Assembly: GCA_022703055.1 (NCBI GenBank)
Contig: JAKLEP010000001.1
Coordinates: 90,850 to 154,849 of the forward strand
Reading direction: 5' to 3'
Source: Candidatus Omnitrophota bacterium
Lineage (GTDB): Bacteria > Omnitrophota > Gorgyraeia > VGKH01
DNA: 64,000 bases
Shown here: piece by piece, positions 19,255 through 28,594 of the stretch
Layout: the number at the start of each line of letters is the position of its first letter
Numbering within the stretch: the first letter of the stretch is position 1
Translations under genes and position numbers: made by a program
Notes under the pieces: generated by a model
The model's input: the letters and a program-made list of their open reading frames with translations, nothing else
The model's database searches: none
What the model was told of the DNA's origin: nothing

Positions 19255-20790
19255 ATGCGTAAGCCGCTCTTAGGCGTAGCTGTATTTTTTGTCTTGGGAA
19301 TTTTATTTGCTAAATTAACTAAAATTCCTTTTATTATCATATTTGTCGCAACGATTATTTCTTTTATTTGTACTTTATTATCTTATAGATTCAAACGTTG
19401 GTTTAAGGGCATTATTCTATTATCATTTTTTCTTCTGGGAGCGTGCTTTTTTGAAAATTCCCAGAGATTTGATTCAGGCCATATCCAGAAATATATTGGA
19501 TATAAAGGCAGGGCGGTAGTCGTCAAGGGGGTTGTTGATAGCGATCCGTATTCCAAGAATTTTAACTATCGCAGAAAAACAACGTTTGTTTTGGAGGTAA
19601 AAGAAATAAAATATTTTGATAAATGGCATACGACTTCCGGTAAAATCCTGGTCAATAGCTTCCAAAATCAAGGATTTTCTTATGGCCAAGAGCTGATTTT
19701 AGAAGGCAAAATTTATCAAGCGCCGAAATTTGCCATAACGCCAAAATTTGATTATCGCCAGTTTTTGAGGCGCAGACAAATTTTCGGTATATTAAGCGTT
19801 AAAAGAGGCAGCACCGTAGAAATAATCAGTGAAAACAAAGCCAATCCGATTAAGAAACTTTCTTTAAAAATCCGGAGTAAGCTCAGTAAACAAATTGACC
19901 ATTACCTTCCAGCGGTAGAATCAAGTTTGTTAAGGGCGATGCTTTTAGGCGAGCGAAGAGAAATCCCGACGTATGTCAATGATGCCTTTATCCAGACTGG
20001 GACCATACACATACTGGCGATAAGCGGGATGAATATCGGTATCGTCGCCCTTATTGTCCTTATTTTTTTGAAAGTCATGCGCATTCCACGGAGGCCCAGA
20101 TATCTTATCACCATTTTATTTTTGATTATTTACGCTTTCATGACGGGTAGCCCCATTTCGGTTATCCGCGCCACAATCATGTTTATAGTATTTTTGGGAG
20201 GATTTCTTTTTGAAAGAGAGTCCGATATCTGCAATTCTTTGGCTTTATCCAGCCTTCTGATCTTAGGATTTAATCCCAATCAGCTATTCGATATCGGATT
20301 CCAGCTTTCTTTTATCAGCCTCTTGAGTATAGTTATCTTTGCGCCTAAAATAGAAGGAGCTATCTACAGAGTTTTTCCTAAAAGAAACAGGATCTTGAGT
20401 TTCTTCTGGCAGTCTAATGCTGTATCTTTAGCTGCTTGGTTAGGAGTTACGGGGGTTATCGCTTACAATTTCAATATCATCACGCCGTTAGCTATATTAG
20501 CTAATCTATTTATTGTGCCTTTTATGGTTATCGTCTCTGCCTTGGGATTGATTTTTGTTTTGGCGAGCCTGATTTTTCCTGGGCTCGGTTTTATTTTTGC
20601 CAATTCTGCAAGTTTATCTTTGTTTATATTGGTTAAATTTACCTATTTCTTGAGCAGAATGCCAGGAGCATATTTTTACTTACCGCCATTTCCGCTTTAT
20701 ATAGTTTTTGTTTATTATTTACTTTTAGTAAGCTTGTTTTATTTACCCAATTTTATATGCTCGATAAAGTTATGGCAAAGCCGTGAATAA
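19255..20790 (+). CDS. comEC: ComEC/Rec2 competence channel protein (lacks the C-terminal metallo-beta-lactamase domain)
   Basis: 511 aa. N-terminal DUF4131/OB region and the polytopic competence domain (GTIHILAISGMNIG). Confidence 0.8.
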   Translation: MRKPLLGVAVFFVLGILFAKLTKIPFIIIFVATIISFICTLLSYRFKRWFKGIILLSFFLLGACFFENSQRFDSGHIQKYIGYKGRAVVVKGVVDSDPYSKNFNYRRKTTFVLEVKEIKYFDKWHTTSGKILVNSFQNQGFSYGQELILEGKIYQAPKFAITPKFDYRQFLRRRQIFGILSVKRGSTVEIISENKANPIKKLSLKIRSKLSKQIDHYLPAVESSLLRAMLLGERREIPTYVNDAFIQTGTIHILAISGMNIGIVALIVLIFLKVMRIPRRPRYLITILFLIIYAFMTGSPISVIRATIMFIVFLGGFLFERESDICNSLALSSLLILGFNPNQLFDIGFQLSFISLLSIVIFAPKIEGAIYRVFPKRNRILSFFWQSNAVSLAAWLGVTGVIAYNFNIITPLAILANLFIVPFMVIVSALGLIFVLASLIFPGLGFIFANSASLSLFILVKFTYFLSRMPGAYFYLPPFPLYIVFVYYLLLVSLFYLPNFICSIKLWQSRE

Positions 20791-20866
20791 GTTTGACAAA
20801 TGCCTTCAAGTATGGTAATTTAGGCTTACTGTCTAACAGACCTTTTAGCACTTAAAATTAAACAAA

Positions 20867-21802
20867 ATGAAGAAAACCTTAATAATTTGTTTATGCGCTT
20901 TTTTTGTATTGTCCAGCCAGGCTTTTGCTTATTGGATTTGGACCCCTGAGACGCGTAAATGGCTCAATCCCAAATATGCCGTCAAAGATACTCCTAAAGC
21001 CCAGTTTGAATTTGCCAAAAGTTTCTTTGATCAAGGCCAGTATAAAAAAGCCAACAATGAATTCCAGAAAGTAATCAATGCTTATCCTAAGGCCGTAGAG
21101 GCTGCCGAAGCCCAGTATTATATTGGGGAAAGCTTTGAGAAACTCGACGAACCCTACGCTGCATTTAAGGCATACCAGAAAGTGGTCACTAAATATCCTT
21201 TCAGCGAAAGAATCACCGAAATAACAGAGAAGGAATTTAAGATAGGCGAGAAATTATTGGAACAGAAGGCAACCCTTTGGCAGCATATTTCTGGATATGA
21301 GTATCCGGTGGTGGAAGTATTTCGTGCCGTTATCGAGAATGCCCCATATAGTAAATACGCCCCTGCCTCTTACTTCAATATCGGTTTGTTTTTGAAAGAG
21401 CTGGGCGGATTTTCAGAGGCCAAGACCGAATTTGATAAGATTATATCGGAATATCCGCAGAGCGAATGGGTAGATAAAGCCAAATATCAGATTGCACTCT
21501 GCGATTATAAAATGTCTCTAAAACCGGATTATGACCAGACTACTTCCAAGAGCGCAACCGAGAAATTCGAGGAGATTGTTAAAGCCAACCCCGATGCAGA
21601 ATTATCCAAGAAGGCCAAAGAGACGGTATCTGAGCTAAAAGAAAAAGATGCCGAGAGTAATTTTAATATCGCTAAATATTATGAGAAGCGCAAGATTTTG
21701 GAAAGCGCAAAAATATATTATAAGTATGTAACAGAAACTTATCCTGACAGCCCATGGGCAGCAAAGGCCGCGGCGAGGCTGTATATTATCGAGAAAAAAT
21801 GA
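20867..21802 (+). CDS. bamD: TPR-repeat outer-membrane assembly factor, BamD (YfiO)-like
   Basis: 311 aa. Signal peptide and repeated TPR-like units (A..A.Y.IGE.....Y..A...F..V...YP.S). Lies next to the lptE-like gene. A YbgF-like identity cannot be excluded. Confidence 0.6.
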   Translation: MKKTLIICLCAFFVLSSQAFAYWIWTPETRKWLNPKYAVKDTPKAQFEFAKSFFDQGQYKKANNEFQKVINAYPKAVEAAEAQYYIGESFEKLDEPYAAFKAYQKVVTKYPFSERITEITEKEFKIGEKLLEQKATLWQHISGYEYPVVEVFRAVIENAPYSKYAPASYFNIGLFLKELGGFSEAKTEFDKIISEYPQSEWVDKAKYQIALCDYKMSLKPDYDQTTSKSATEKFEEIVKANPDAELSKKAKETVSELKEKDAESNFNIAKYYEKRKILESAKIYYKYVTETYPDSPWAAKAAARLYIIEKK

Positions 21803-22335
21803 AAAACTTTATTTTAATTCTTATTGTTAGTTTGGTTGTTGGCGGATGCGGCTATACTACCCGTTCGATGATGGACCCCAGCATAAAGACCATCTATGTG
21901 AAGCCATTCGAAAATAAAATTGAGTTTGGCTCGCTGGACAACGTTTATAGTAAATTAAAAACTTACTACCCTCATTTGGAGACGGATATTACTAATGCGG
22001 TTGTGGATAGATTCCTTTTTGACGGCAATCTTAAAATCGTTAAGCAGGAAGATGCCGATGTAATCCTAAAAGGAGAACTGGTAGATTATCGCCGCGACGT
22101 GCTTAGATACACAGAGGATGAAGAGAATGTCGAGGAATATCGTCTTAATATCGTCGTAAATATATCTTTGTGGAATACAAAAGAGAACAAACTTCTTTGG
22201 CAAGAGAATAATTTTACGGGTGAGACAACTTATTTTATTTCCGGAAGCAAAGCTAAATCAGAGGCTGCCGCAATCAAGGATGGAATTACAGATTTAGCCA
22301 CCCGCATTGTCGAGAGGGCAATTGAGAATTGGTAA
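21799..22335 (+). CDS. lptE: LPS-assembly lipoprotein LptE-like
   Basis: I place the start at ATG 21799 (ATGA overlap with the bamD stop). Lipobox LVVGGC. Size is about 178 aa. It sits immediately upstream of holA, as in the conserved leuS-lptE-holA arrangement. Confidence 0.55.
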   Translation: MKNFILILIVSLVVGGCGYTTRSMMDPSIKTIYVKPFENKIEFGSLDNVYSKLKTYYPHLETDITNAVVDRFLFDGNLKIVKQEDADVILKGELVDYRRDVLRYTEDEENVEEYRLNIVVNISLWNTKENKLLWQENNFTGETTYFISGSKAKSEAAAIKDGITDLATRIVERAIENW

Positions 22336-22338
22336 TAG

Positions 22339-22989
22339 ATGGTTTATTTATTCCTTGGAACAGATGAAATTTCTAAAGAAAGAAAACTGCAGCAGCTTAA
22401 ACAGGAAGTCTTCAAAAACGGCCAAGACGCATTCGATTATGAGCGCCTCTACGCCAAGGAACTGACGCCTGCCTTATTAAACGAAGTATTTAGCCTCGCC
22501 CCCGTATCTTCAGAGAAAAGATTAATTGTCATCAGAGATTCAGACAAACTAAACGCTAAATGCCAGGAAATCATTTTATCTTACCTAAAAAAACCCAGCC
22601 AAAAGATGATTTTGGTTTTGGATACACAGGTATCTGAATTAAAAGAATCGTTTGCTATCAAACTTGCCAATTCCGCCAAGGTTTTTCATTTCGGCAGAGA
22701 AAGAACGTTTAATGCATTCGATTTGGCTGATGCGATCCAGGCAAAACGCCCCTCAGAGGCGCTGAAGATTTTTTCTATGATTCATCAAAAGGGTGAGCAT
22801 CCGACCAGGATACTGGGAGGTCTATTTTGGTCATGGAGAAAAATGAAAAGATTCCTCAAAACCGATAATTTCAAGAAGGGAATAGAGCTATTCCTGGAAA
22901 CAGATATAAATATTAAATTCTCCCGAATTAAACCCGAGATAGCTTTAGAGATGTTAATAGTTAAGCTATGCCTTTTAAGCGGCGGGTAA
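22339..22989 (+). CDS. holA: DNA polymerase III delta subunit, compact form
   Basis: 216 aa. N-terminal YLFLGTDE and RLIVIRDSDKL, and a C-terminal helical domain alignable by eye with E. coli HolA domain III. The middle domain appears to be missing. Confidence 0.6.
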   Translation: MVYLFLGTDEISKERKLQQLKQEVFKNGQDAFDYERLYAKELTPALLNEVFSLAPVSSEKRLIVIRDSDKLNAKCQEIILSYLKKPSQKMILVLDTQVSELKESFAIKLANSAKVFHFGRERTFNAFDLADAIQAKRPSEALKIFSMIHQKGEHPTRILGGLFWSWRKMKRFLKTDNFKKGIELFLETDINIKFSRIKPEIALEMLIVKLCLLSGG

Positions 22990-23224
22990 ATTGAGATTTT
23001 TTTCTGGCAGCGGTGTTTTTGTGGATTATACCTTTTGCGGCTGCTCTGTCTAATTTAGCAATTATTGCAGGGAAAAACTCTTTTACCTCTTTACCTTTTT
23101 TGGCAGAAACTAGAGAGAGGAATTTCTTTATTGCGTTTTTCAGGTCTGTCTTTAGTTTTAGATTACGTAGATGCTTTTTTTTATCTACGCGCAATCTTTT
23201 TAACGCTGTTCTTCTTTGTGGCAA
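22961..23224 (-). CDS. rpsT: 30S ribosomal protein S20
   Basis: RRTALKRLRVDKKKHLRNLKLKTDLKNAIKKF...AAKGIIHKNTAARKKS is typical of S20. I prefer the TTG start at 23224, preceded by AAGGGGG about 8 nt upstream and giving 87 aa. The track start at 23278 would overlap the murJ start. Confidence 0.8.
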   Translation of the reverse strand: MPQRRTALKRLRVDKKKHLRNLKLKTDLKNAIKKFLSLVSAKKGKEVKEFFPAIIAKLDRAAAKGIIHKNTAARKKSQFTRRLKGIA

Positions 23225-23271
23225 TTTTAATGCCCCCTTTCTTGTTTCAAATATATCAAAGGACTTAAAAT

Positions 23272-24825
23272 ATGTCAATCAATAAATCTATTATTAAATC
23301 AAGTTATGTAATAAGCGCCGGGACGGTCTTTTCGCGGATTTTGGGTTTTTTTAGGGATATTGTTATCGCCGGTTTATTGGGCACAACCCCTGGCGCCGAG
23401 GCCTTTGTTGCAGCTTTCAGAATCCCCAATCTTTTTAGAGACCTGGTAGGGGAAGGGGCGGTTAATTCTGCGGTTGTGCCGGTATTCTCGGAATACATCG
23501 TAAAACAAGACAAGAAAGATTTTCTGGTTCTTGCCAATACCGTCTTTTATTTATCTCTTATAACTTTAACCGTGATATCGGTACTAGGCATTATTTTTTC
23601 TCCTCTAATTGTAAAGCTTATAGCCCCTGGTTTTTTGAGGGAGCCGGCTACGTTTAGTCTTACCGTTAATCTGACGCGCATCATGTTTCCGTACCTGGTT
23701 TTAATCGGTCTGACAGCTTATGGCATGGGTATATTGTTTAGTCACAATTCGTTCTTTGCCCCGGCATTTTCTCCTGCATTGTTAAATATCGCGCTTATCG
23801 CAAGCGCCTTGGTTTCGGGCTATATCCTTAAGGAACCGGTCTATGGTTTAGCTATAGGAGTGTTGTTGGGTGGAGCTTTGCAGCTAGCATTCCAGGCACC
23901 TTATGTCTTTAAACAAGGATTTAGTTTTAGAAAGATTGCGCAGTTCGGGCATCCTGGAGCAAAAGCTATTCTTAGGCTTCTTGGCCCAAGAGTTTTTGGC
24001 ACAGCGATATATCAGCTTAATATCTTCGCCGATACTATTTGCGCTTCGCTTTCGTTTATCGTCGGGCAGGGCGCCATAGCGGCAATCTACTACGCCAACC
24101 GGATTATCCAATTTCCCTTGGCGGTATTTGGCTTTGCCATTGCCTCGGCTTCCTTGCCGACCATGTCGAGGCTTGCCGCAGAAAATAATATGGAGGATTT
24201 GAAGAATACCGTTTCTTTTTCGCTGCGCAGTATATTGCTCGTTATGGTTCCGTGTTCTGTGGCTTTGATGGTGCTTGCCGGTCCGATAATCAGATTGTTC
24301 TTTCAGAGAGGTCAGTTTAATTCGTATTCCACGGTGATTACGTCTAGTGCGCTTTTGTTTTATTCGCTGGGGCTTTTTGCATTTGCGGGAGTTAAGGTTT
24401 CGGTTGCATGTTTTTATTCGCTTAAAGATACCAGGACGCCGGTTAAAGTTGCGGCGTGCTGCCTGGTCCTAAACGTTTTGTTAAATCTAATCCTTATGTT
24501 CCCGCTAAAAGTGGCGGGATTGGCACTGGCCAGCAGCATATCTGCCGCAGTAAACTTTTGCGTGCTTAGTTATATCCTAGAGCGCAGGATCGGCGCATAC
24601 ATCAAAGAGGCATTTGTTTATTATTTCGCAAAACTGGTTTTTGTTTCTGTGGTTATGGGTATCGTAGTTTATTTATTATGGTTCAAGTTTCTTGTATTTT
24701 TCAATATGCCTTTAAGATTCATTACGGTTATATTCTCTGGCATCGCAGTATTTATTCTAGGATGTTTTTTCTTAAAAATTAAAGAGATTAAAGATTTAAT
24801 CGGATGGTTCTTGAAAAGACAATAA
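23272..24825 (+). CDS. murJ: lipid II flippase MurJ (MviN)
   Basis: 517 aa, 14-TM MOP-superfamily pattern. N-terminal VFSRILGFFRDIVIAGLLG...AFRIPNLFRDLVGEGA is the MurJ signature. Divergent from rpsT, as in many bacteria. Confidence 0.9.
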   Translation: MSINKSIIKSSYVISAGTVFSRILGFFRDIVIAGLLGTTPGAEAFVAAFRIPNLFRDLVGEGAVNSAVVPVFSEYIVKQDKKDFLVLANTVFYLSLITLTVISVLGIIFSPLIVKLIAPGFLREPATFSLTVNLTRIMFPYLVLIGLTAYGMGILFSHNSFFAPAFSPALLNIALIASALVSGYILKEPVYGLAIGVLLGGALQLAFQAPYVFKQGFSFRKIAQFGHPGAKAILRLLGPRVFGTAIYQLNIFADTICASLSFIVGQGAIAAIYYANRIIQFPLAVFGFAIASASLPTMSRLAAENNMEDLKNTVSFSLRSILLVMVPCSVALMVLAGPIIRLFFQRGQFNSYSTVITSSALLFYSLGLFAFAGVKVSVACFYSLKDTRTPVKVAACCLVLNVLLNLILMFPLKVAGLALASSISAAVNFCVLSYILERRIGAYIKEAFVYYFAKLVFVSVVMGIVVYLLWFKFLVFFNMPLRFITVIFSGIAVFILGCFFLKIKEIKDLIGWFLKRQ

Positions 24826-26042
24826 AAAGCCTTCCTGACTCCTCCGGGGTCTATCTGATGAAAGATAGAGATGGCAAAGTTATTTATATCGGCAAAGCCA
24901 TTTCTATAAAAAAAAGAGTCGGCTCTCACTTCGCAAAACGAAATTCCCCCTCCAAGCAAGATGTTATGATTGAATCGGTTGAGGATATTGATTATATTCC
25001 TACAGCCTCAGAGACAGAAGCCCTTTTGTTAGAAGCCGATTTGATCAAAAGATTTAAGCCTAAGTACAATGTCAGCCTTCGCGATGACAAGACTTTTCCT
25101 TTCATCAAGATAGCCAAAGAAAAATTTCCTGCTGTTTCTATTTGCCGGCCTAAAAACAAAGATAGGGCTCTATGTTTTGGGCCCTATACTGATAGCCAGG
25201 CAATTAGAGAGCTGCTGAAGAAAATCCGCAAGATTTTCCCTTTCAGGTCCTGCCGCTCGATGCCCAAGAAGGCCTGTTTGGATTTTCATCTTGGCCTTTG
25301 CCCTGCGCCTTGTATTGGTAAGATTGATAAAAAAGATTACGCAAAGATTATTCGCAGTATTTCTTTGATCTTAAAAGGCAAAAGCGAAGTATTATTTAAG
25401 CAGCTGGAGGAAGAAATTAACGCCGAGGCAAAGAAAAGAAATTTTGAGGAGGCCGCCCGGTTGAGAGATCAGATGCTGGCTTTGGGCTCAATATATCTTG
25501 GTTCAAGAGTCGATAATTTCCTGGAGGAGGCAAAGCAGTTAGCCAAGGTGCTGAAGCTAAAAAAGCTTCCATTCAGAATAGAGGCATTTGATGTCTCTAA
25601 TATCTTCGGGAAAGAAGCCGTAGGCTCCATGGTTTCTTTTTGGCAAGGTGTGCCCGATAAAAATAATTATCGGCGGTTTCGCATAAAAGAATCGCAGGGC
25701 GAAATAAATGATTATAAGATGCTTGCCGAGATTACGCGCCGGCGTTATTCGAGATTGAAAAACGAGGGCCTTGTTTTGCCGGATTTGGTGATTGTAGACG
25801 GAGGCAGAGGTCAGGTTAGCGTCGTGAAAAATGAACTAGATAAACTAGGCTTGGACTTGCCGCTTATCGGCATCGCTAAGGTGCAGGAGCAGATTATTTC
25901 GCTGACAAAAAAAGATCCTATAGTTTTACCGTTGAATAGCGCTGCTTTGAGGTTGGTGATGAGAATACGCGATGAGGCCCATCGATTTGCCGTTTCTTAT
26001 CATCGTATCTTAAGGAGAAAGAAGACATTTGAAGAAAAGTGA
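24804..26042 (+). CDS. uvrC: excinuclease ABC subunit C, compact form (GIY-YIG, UVR and RNase H-like endonuclease domains; no (HhH)2 tail)
   Basis: 412 aa. GVYLMKD...VIYIGKA GIY-YIG domain, UVR motif FEEAARLRDQMLAL, and the IEAFDVSN...DDYKMLAEI...PDLVIVDGGRGQ endonuclease region. Confidence 0.8.
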   Translation: MVLEKTIKSLPDSSGVYLMKDRDGKVIYIGKAISIKKRVGSHFAKRNSPSKQDVMIESVEDIDYIPTASETEALLLEADLIKRFKPKYNVSLRDDKTFPFIKIAKEKFPAVSICRPKNKDRALCFGPYTDSQAIRELLKKIRKIFPFRSCRSMPKKACLDFHLGLCPAPCIGKIDKKDYAKIIRSISLILKGKSEVLFKQLEEEINAEAKKRNFEEAARLRDQMLALGSIYLGSRVDNFLEEAKQLAKVLKLKKLPFRIEAFDVSNIFGKEAVGSMVSFWQGVPDKNNYRRFRIKESQGEINDYKMLAEITRRRYSRLKNEGLVLPDLVIVDGGRGQVSVVKNELDKLGLDLPLIGIAKVQEQIISLTKKDPIVLPLNSAALRLVMRIRDEAHRFAVSYHRILRRKKTFEEK

Positions 26043-26313
26043 TCTTACGGATTTTGAGAAAAAAGTCTTGAAAATTACCAGCCTTATCCCGTTGGGTGAA
26101 GTGCGTTCTTACCAGTGGGTGGCAAAAAAGATAGGCAGGCCAAAGGCAGTGCGCGCGGTAGGGGCGGCGCTTAAGAAAAATCCTTATCCGATTATAATTC
26201 CTTGCCATCGTGTGATTAAATCTGACGGCAGCCCAGGGGGCTATGCTAAAGGCAAAGAGCTAAAAAAGAAGCTGTTATTGCTCGAGAGGCGCATCGCTGA
26301 AATTATCAAATAA
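26029..26313 (+). CDS. ogt: methylated-DNA-protein-cysteine methyltransferase, DNA-binding/active-site domain only
   Basis: 94 aa. Contains the MGMT active site IPCHRVI and the helix-turn-helix region (SYQWVAKKIGRPKAVRAVG). Overlaps the uvrC stop by 14 nt. Confidence 0.8.
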   Translation: MKKSDLTDFEKKVLKITSLIPLGEVRSYQWVAKKIGRPKAVRAVGAALKKNPYPIIIPCHRVIKSDGSPGGYAKGKELKKKLLLLERRIAEIIK

Positions 26314-26370
26314 GCTCTTGAAAGTTTGCTTTCTAGGTGCTATAAAAAGACTATCGGAAGGAGAAAGTAA

Positions 26371-27444
26371 ATGAACATAAGAGATTTTTTCAGGATAATG
26401 AAAGAGAAGGGCGCTTCGGACTTATTTATTCGCGCCGGAGGAACCCCGCGTTTAAGGATTGATGGTAAGATTTGCCCATTGGGAGACGAGATCGTAAGCA
26501 AGCATGATTTGGAAAAAATGGCCGAAGAGCTTATCTCTACCGATGAGCAGAAGATGCTCTATAAAGAGAATCTAGAAGTGGATTTTGCCTATTCTTATGA
26601 GGGCGTAGGAAGGTTCAGGGTTATAATTTTCCTGCAAAGAGGTTCTCCTTCCTTGGTAGCAAGATTTGTGCGCGAAGATATCCAGACTTTCGAAGATTTA
26701 AACCTTCCGATTGAGCTTTTAAAAAGATTCGCCACCGAAGACAGGGGCATTGTTTTGGCCACAGGCCCGGCGGGAAGCGGCAAATCCACGACTATTGCCA
26801 GCTTGCTAGAATATATCAACTCAAACTCTCAAAATCATATCGTCACTATTGAAGACCCAATAGAATTCTTATTTAAGGATAAAAAATCCATTATTAACCA
26901 GAGAGAGTTGGGATTGGATGTGCCAAGTTATCCGGCGGCATTAAAGCATTTTACCTTGCAGAGCCCCGATGTAATATTTATCGGGCTTATCAGAGATACT
27001 CAAACTATGCATGCGGCGATATCGGCTGCAGAGATGGGCGTCTTGCTTTTATCCACTTTCCATACCATAAATGCAATACAGACTTTGGAAAGAATTGTTA
27101 ATTTTTTCCCGCCTCATTTACACGATGAAGTCAGGATTCAGCTTTCTTTAGTTTTAAAAGGGATTATATCGCTGAGGCTTATTCCCAGAAAAGACGCTCC
27201 GGGCAGAATCCCGGCCTGCGAAACCATGGTGCTTACTCCTACAATCGCTAGGATTATAAGAGAAGGCAAGATTTGGGAAATGAAAAGATTTATGGAGCAA
27301 GGCGAGATGTTCGGAATGCAGACATTCAACCAGTCATTGGTGAAGTTGGTTAAGGCTGGAAAGATCAGCGAAGAAGACGCCAGGGATGCTTCGGACAGTA
27401 GGGATGAATTCGAATTAGAGTTAAGGGGCATAAAAAGAGTCTAA
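26371..27444 (+). CDS. pilT: type IV pilus retraction ATPase PilT
   Basis: 357 aa. Walker A GPAGSGKST, Asp/His boxes, and overall PilT/PilU length and motifs. GGAAGGAG RBS. Confidence 0.9.
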   Translation: MNIRDFFRIMKEKGASDLFIRAGGTPRLRIDGKICPLGDEIVSKHDLEKMAEELISTDEQKMLYKENLEVDFAYSYEGVGRFRVIIFLQRGSPSLVARFVREDIQTFEDLNLPIELLKRFATEDRGIVLATGPAGSGKSTTIASLLEYINSNSQNHIVTIEDPIEFLFKDKKSIINQRELGLDVPSYPAALKHFTLQSPDVIFIGLIRDTQTMHAAISAAEMGVLLLSTFHTINAIQTLERIVNFFPPHLHDEVRIQLSLVLKGIISLRLIPRKDAPGRIPACETMVLTPTIARIIREGKIWEMKRFMEQGEMFGMQTFNQSLVKLVKAGKISEEDARDASDSRDEFELELRGIKRV

Positions 27445-27472
27445 GATTTTTTAAATTCCATTGGAGGATTTA

Positions 27473-28574
27473 ATGACTAGTGAGGCAAAACGTCATCTGG
27501 ATACACTCAAGTTAAAAATAGAGCAACTCAGAGGTTATCTTTGATATAGAGAATAAAATTAAGCGTATTGAAGATTTACAGAATCAAATGTCCTCTCCCG
27601 GATTCTGGAACGACCAGCAAAGCTCGAATAAATCGGTCCAAGAACTAAAAATTTTAAAATCTATCGTAGAGCCTTGGCAGAAACACAGGCAAAAGTGCCA
27701 GGAGTTAGAAGAGCTTATCGAAATTTCCGGACCAGAAGACCAGTCGTTTCTCGAACAAATTAAAAAAGAAATAGATAGTTTCAGCAATGAATTAGTCGAC
27801 CTAGAATTAAAGTCTATCCTTAGCGGTGAATTTGATGCCAATAACGCGATTTTAAGCATTAATGCTGGCGCCGGCGGGACCGAATCCTGCGATTGGGTCA
27901 GTATGCTTTTAAGGATGTATACACGCTATAGCGAAAACAGAGGCTATAAAATACAGATGACCGATATGCTGCCCGGAGAAGAAGCAGGCATTAAAAATGT
28001 AACTTTGAGAGTTATCGGAGATTATGCTTATGGATACCTTAAGGCAGAAAGAGGTGTTCACAGGTTGGTGCGCATATCCCCTTTTGATGCCAATAAGAGA
28101 AGGCATACCTCTTTTGCCTCGGTTGATGTTATTCCCGAAGTCACCGAAGATATTATGCTCGATATTAAAGAAGAGGATATAAGGATTGATACCTACAGGT
28201 CTTCCGGGGCTGGCGGACAGCACGTTAACGTCACTGATTCCGCGGTAAGGATTACTCATCTTCCGACGGGGATAGTGGTGACTTGCCAGAATGAGCGTTC
28301 TCAGCATCAAAACAAAGAGACAGCGATGAATATTTTAAAAGCCAGACTTTATGAATTAGAACGAAGAAAGAAAGAAGAGAAATTAACCTCGCTCTCCGGG
28401 GCTAAGCAGAAAATTGAGTGGGGCTCGCAGATACGTTCATATGTCATGCAGCCTTACCAGATGGTAAAAGACCATAGGACTGAAGTGGAAACAGGCAATG
28501 TTCAGGCAGTTATGGATGGTGACATAGAGATGTTTATCGCGGCGTATTTGAAGAAGCCAATTACCAATAAATAA
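27473..28574 (+). CDS. prfB: peptide chain release factor 2, requiring a programmed +1 ribosomal frameshift
   Basis: ORF0 27473-27541 encodes MTSEAKRHLDTLKLKIEQLRGYL and then meets TGA at 27542-27544. The +1 frame from 27543 continues DIENKIKRIED... into the 328-aa track ORF, which has SPF and GGQ (SGAGGQHVN) motifs. Confidence 0.9.
27532..27545 (+). promoter_or_regulatory. prfB recoding site (SD-like GAGG, then TAT CTT TGA T)
   Basis: Slippery CTT followed by an in-frame TGA, with an internal Shine-Dalgarno-like GAGG 3 nt upstream. Same architecture as the E. coli prfB autoregulatory frameshift. Confidence 0.85.
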
Positions 28575-28594
28575 AATTTCTAAAAGGAGCGTAG

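Noticed and set aside
23013-23285. 90-aa and 67-aa + strand ORFs
   Set aside because: They are antisense to rpsT, whose product has an unmistakable S20 sequence. They also overlap the murJ start region.
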